This document shows, in pieces, positions 27,037 through 27,360 of a stretch of 27,360 nucleotides of DNA (the first letter of the stretch is position 1; each line of letters starts with the position of its first letter). Location of the stretch: contig JBGSUI010000092.1 of the NCBI GenBank assembly GCA_041736175.1, positions 1 to 27,360 of the forward strand, given 5' to 3'. The notes beneath the pieces are model-generated. The model ran no database searches and was not told the origin of the DNA. It saw only the letters and a program-made list of their open reading frames with translations. A program made the translations under genes and the position numbers. The stretch comes from Oligoflexales bacterium (GTDB taxonomy: Bacteria; Bdellovibrionota_B; Oligoflexia; Oligoflexales; CAIYRB01).

Positions 27037-27360
27037 GGATTGCATCAACAGGGCTGCGGAGTTGTAAGGTTGATTTTGGGGGGGTTATTGAATCGAAATA
27101 CCATTGACTGAGTCAAAAATATGGAACCAACGCTGGATAGTCCGATTGGGTTAGATAAATCACGGCTCTGTTTTATATTTTTTTTCTTTTATTGGAGAAT
27201 AAGCCCACGAAGTGCATATGCTGGGGTGTCCAAATAGGGGGGGTACGAGCCTAAATCCTATCCTAGGATTTGGACCTAAAATCAGTCTCCCCATCTTTCG
27301 GATAGTAGGGGATATTCCCGCGGAGTCCAGAAAGCATTTTAAACTGTTTTGACCCCCAGA

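Overview
Bacterial chromosomal window. The gene repertoire suggests Oligoflexia/Bdellovibrionota-like origin, but that is inference. Left to right it holds: the 3' end of a probable ISKra4-family IS that truncates an NAD(P)-dependent oxidoreductase; a DHFR/RibD-like gene; a ~1300-aa repetitive surface protein ending in a DUF1566/CLec domain (DGR-target-like, with no RT or template repeat seen here); an LCAT-like lipase, an RlmM-like methyltransferase and a rhodanese; and a sigma54-driven ECF sigma gene. The highlight is 11201-17697, an apparent RiPP (graspetide-like) cluster. It has a 66-aa precursor with a (S)K(D/E) repeat core, a degenerate ATP-grasp protein, a 91-aa accessory protein, a pseudo-arginase, a tandem double ATP-grasp ligase, and an ABC exporter fused to a C-terminal Lon (S16) protease domain that keeps its Ser-Lys dyad. 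Downstream are a secreted protein, a DsbA, two sigma54-controlled paralogous Cys-rich secreted proteins, a sigma54-regulated persulfide/sulfur cluster (YeeE x2, PDO, sensorless bEBP, TauE, rhodanese, DUF2892) and a (GA)16 tract. All family calls come from motif recognition by eye; no searches were run.
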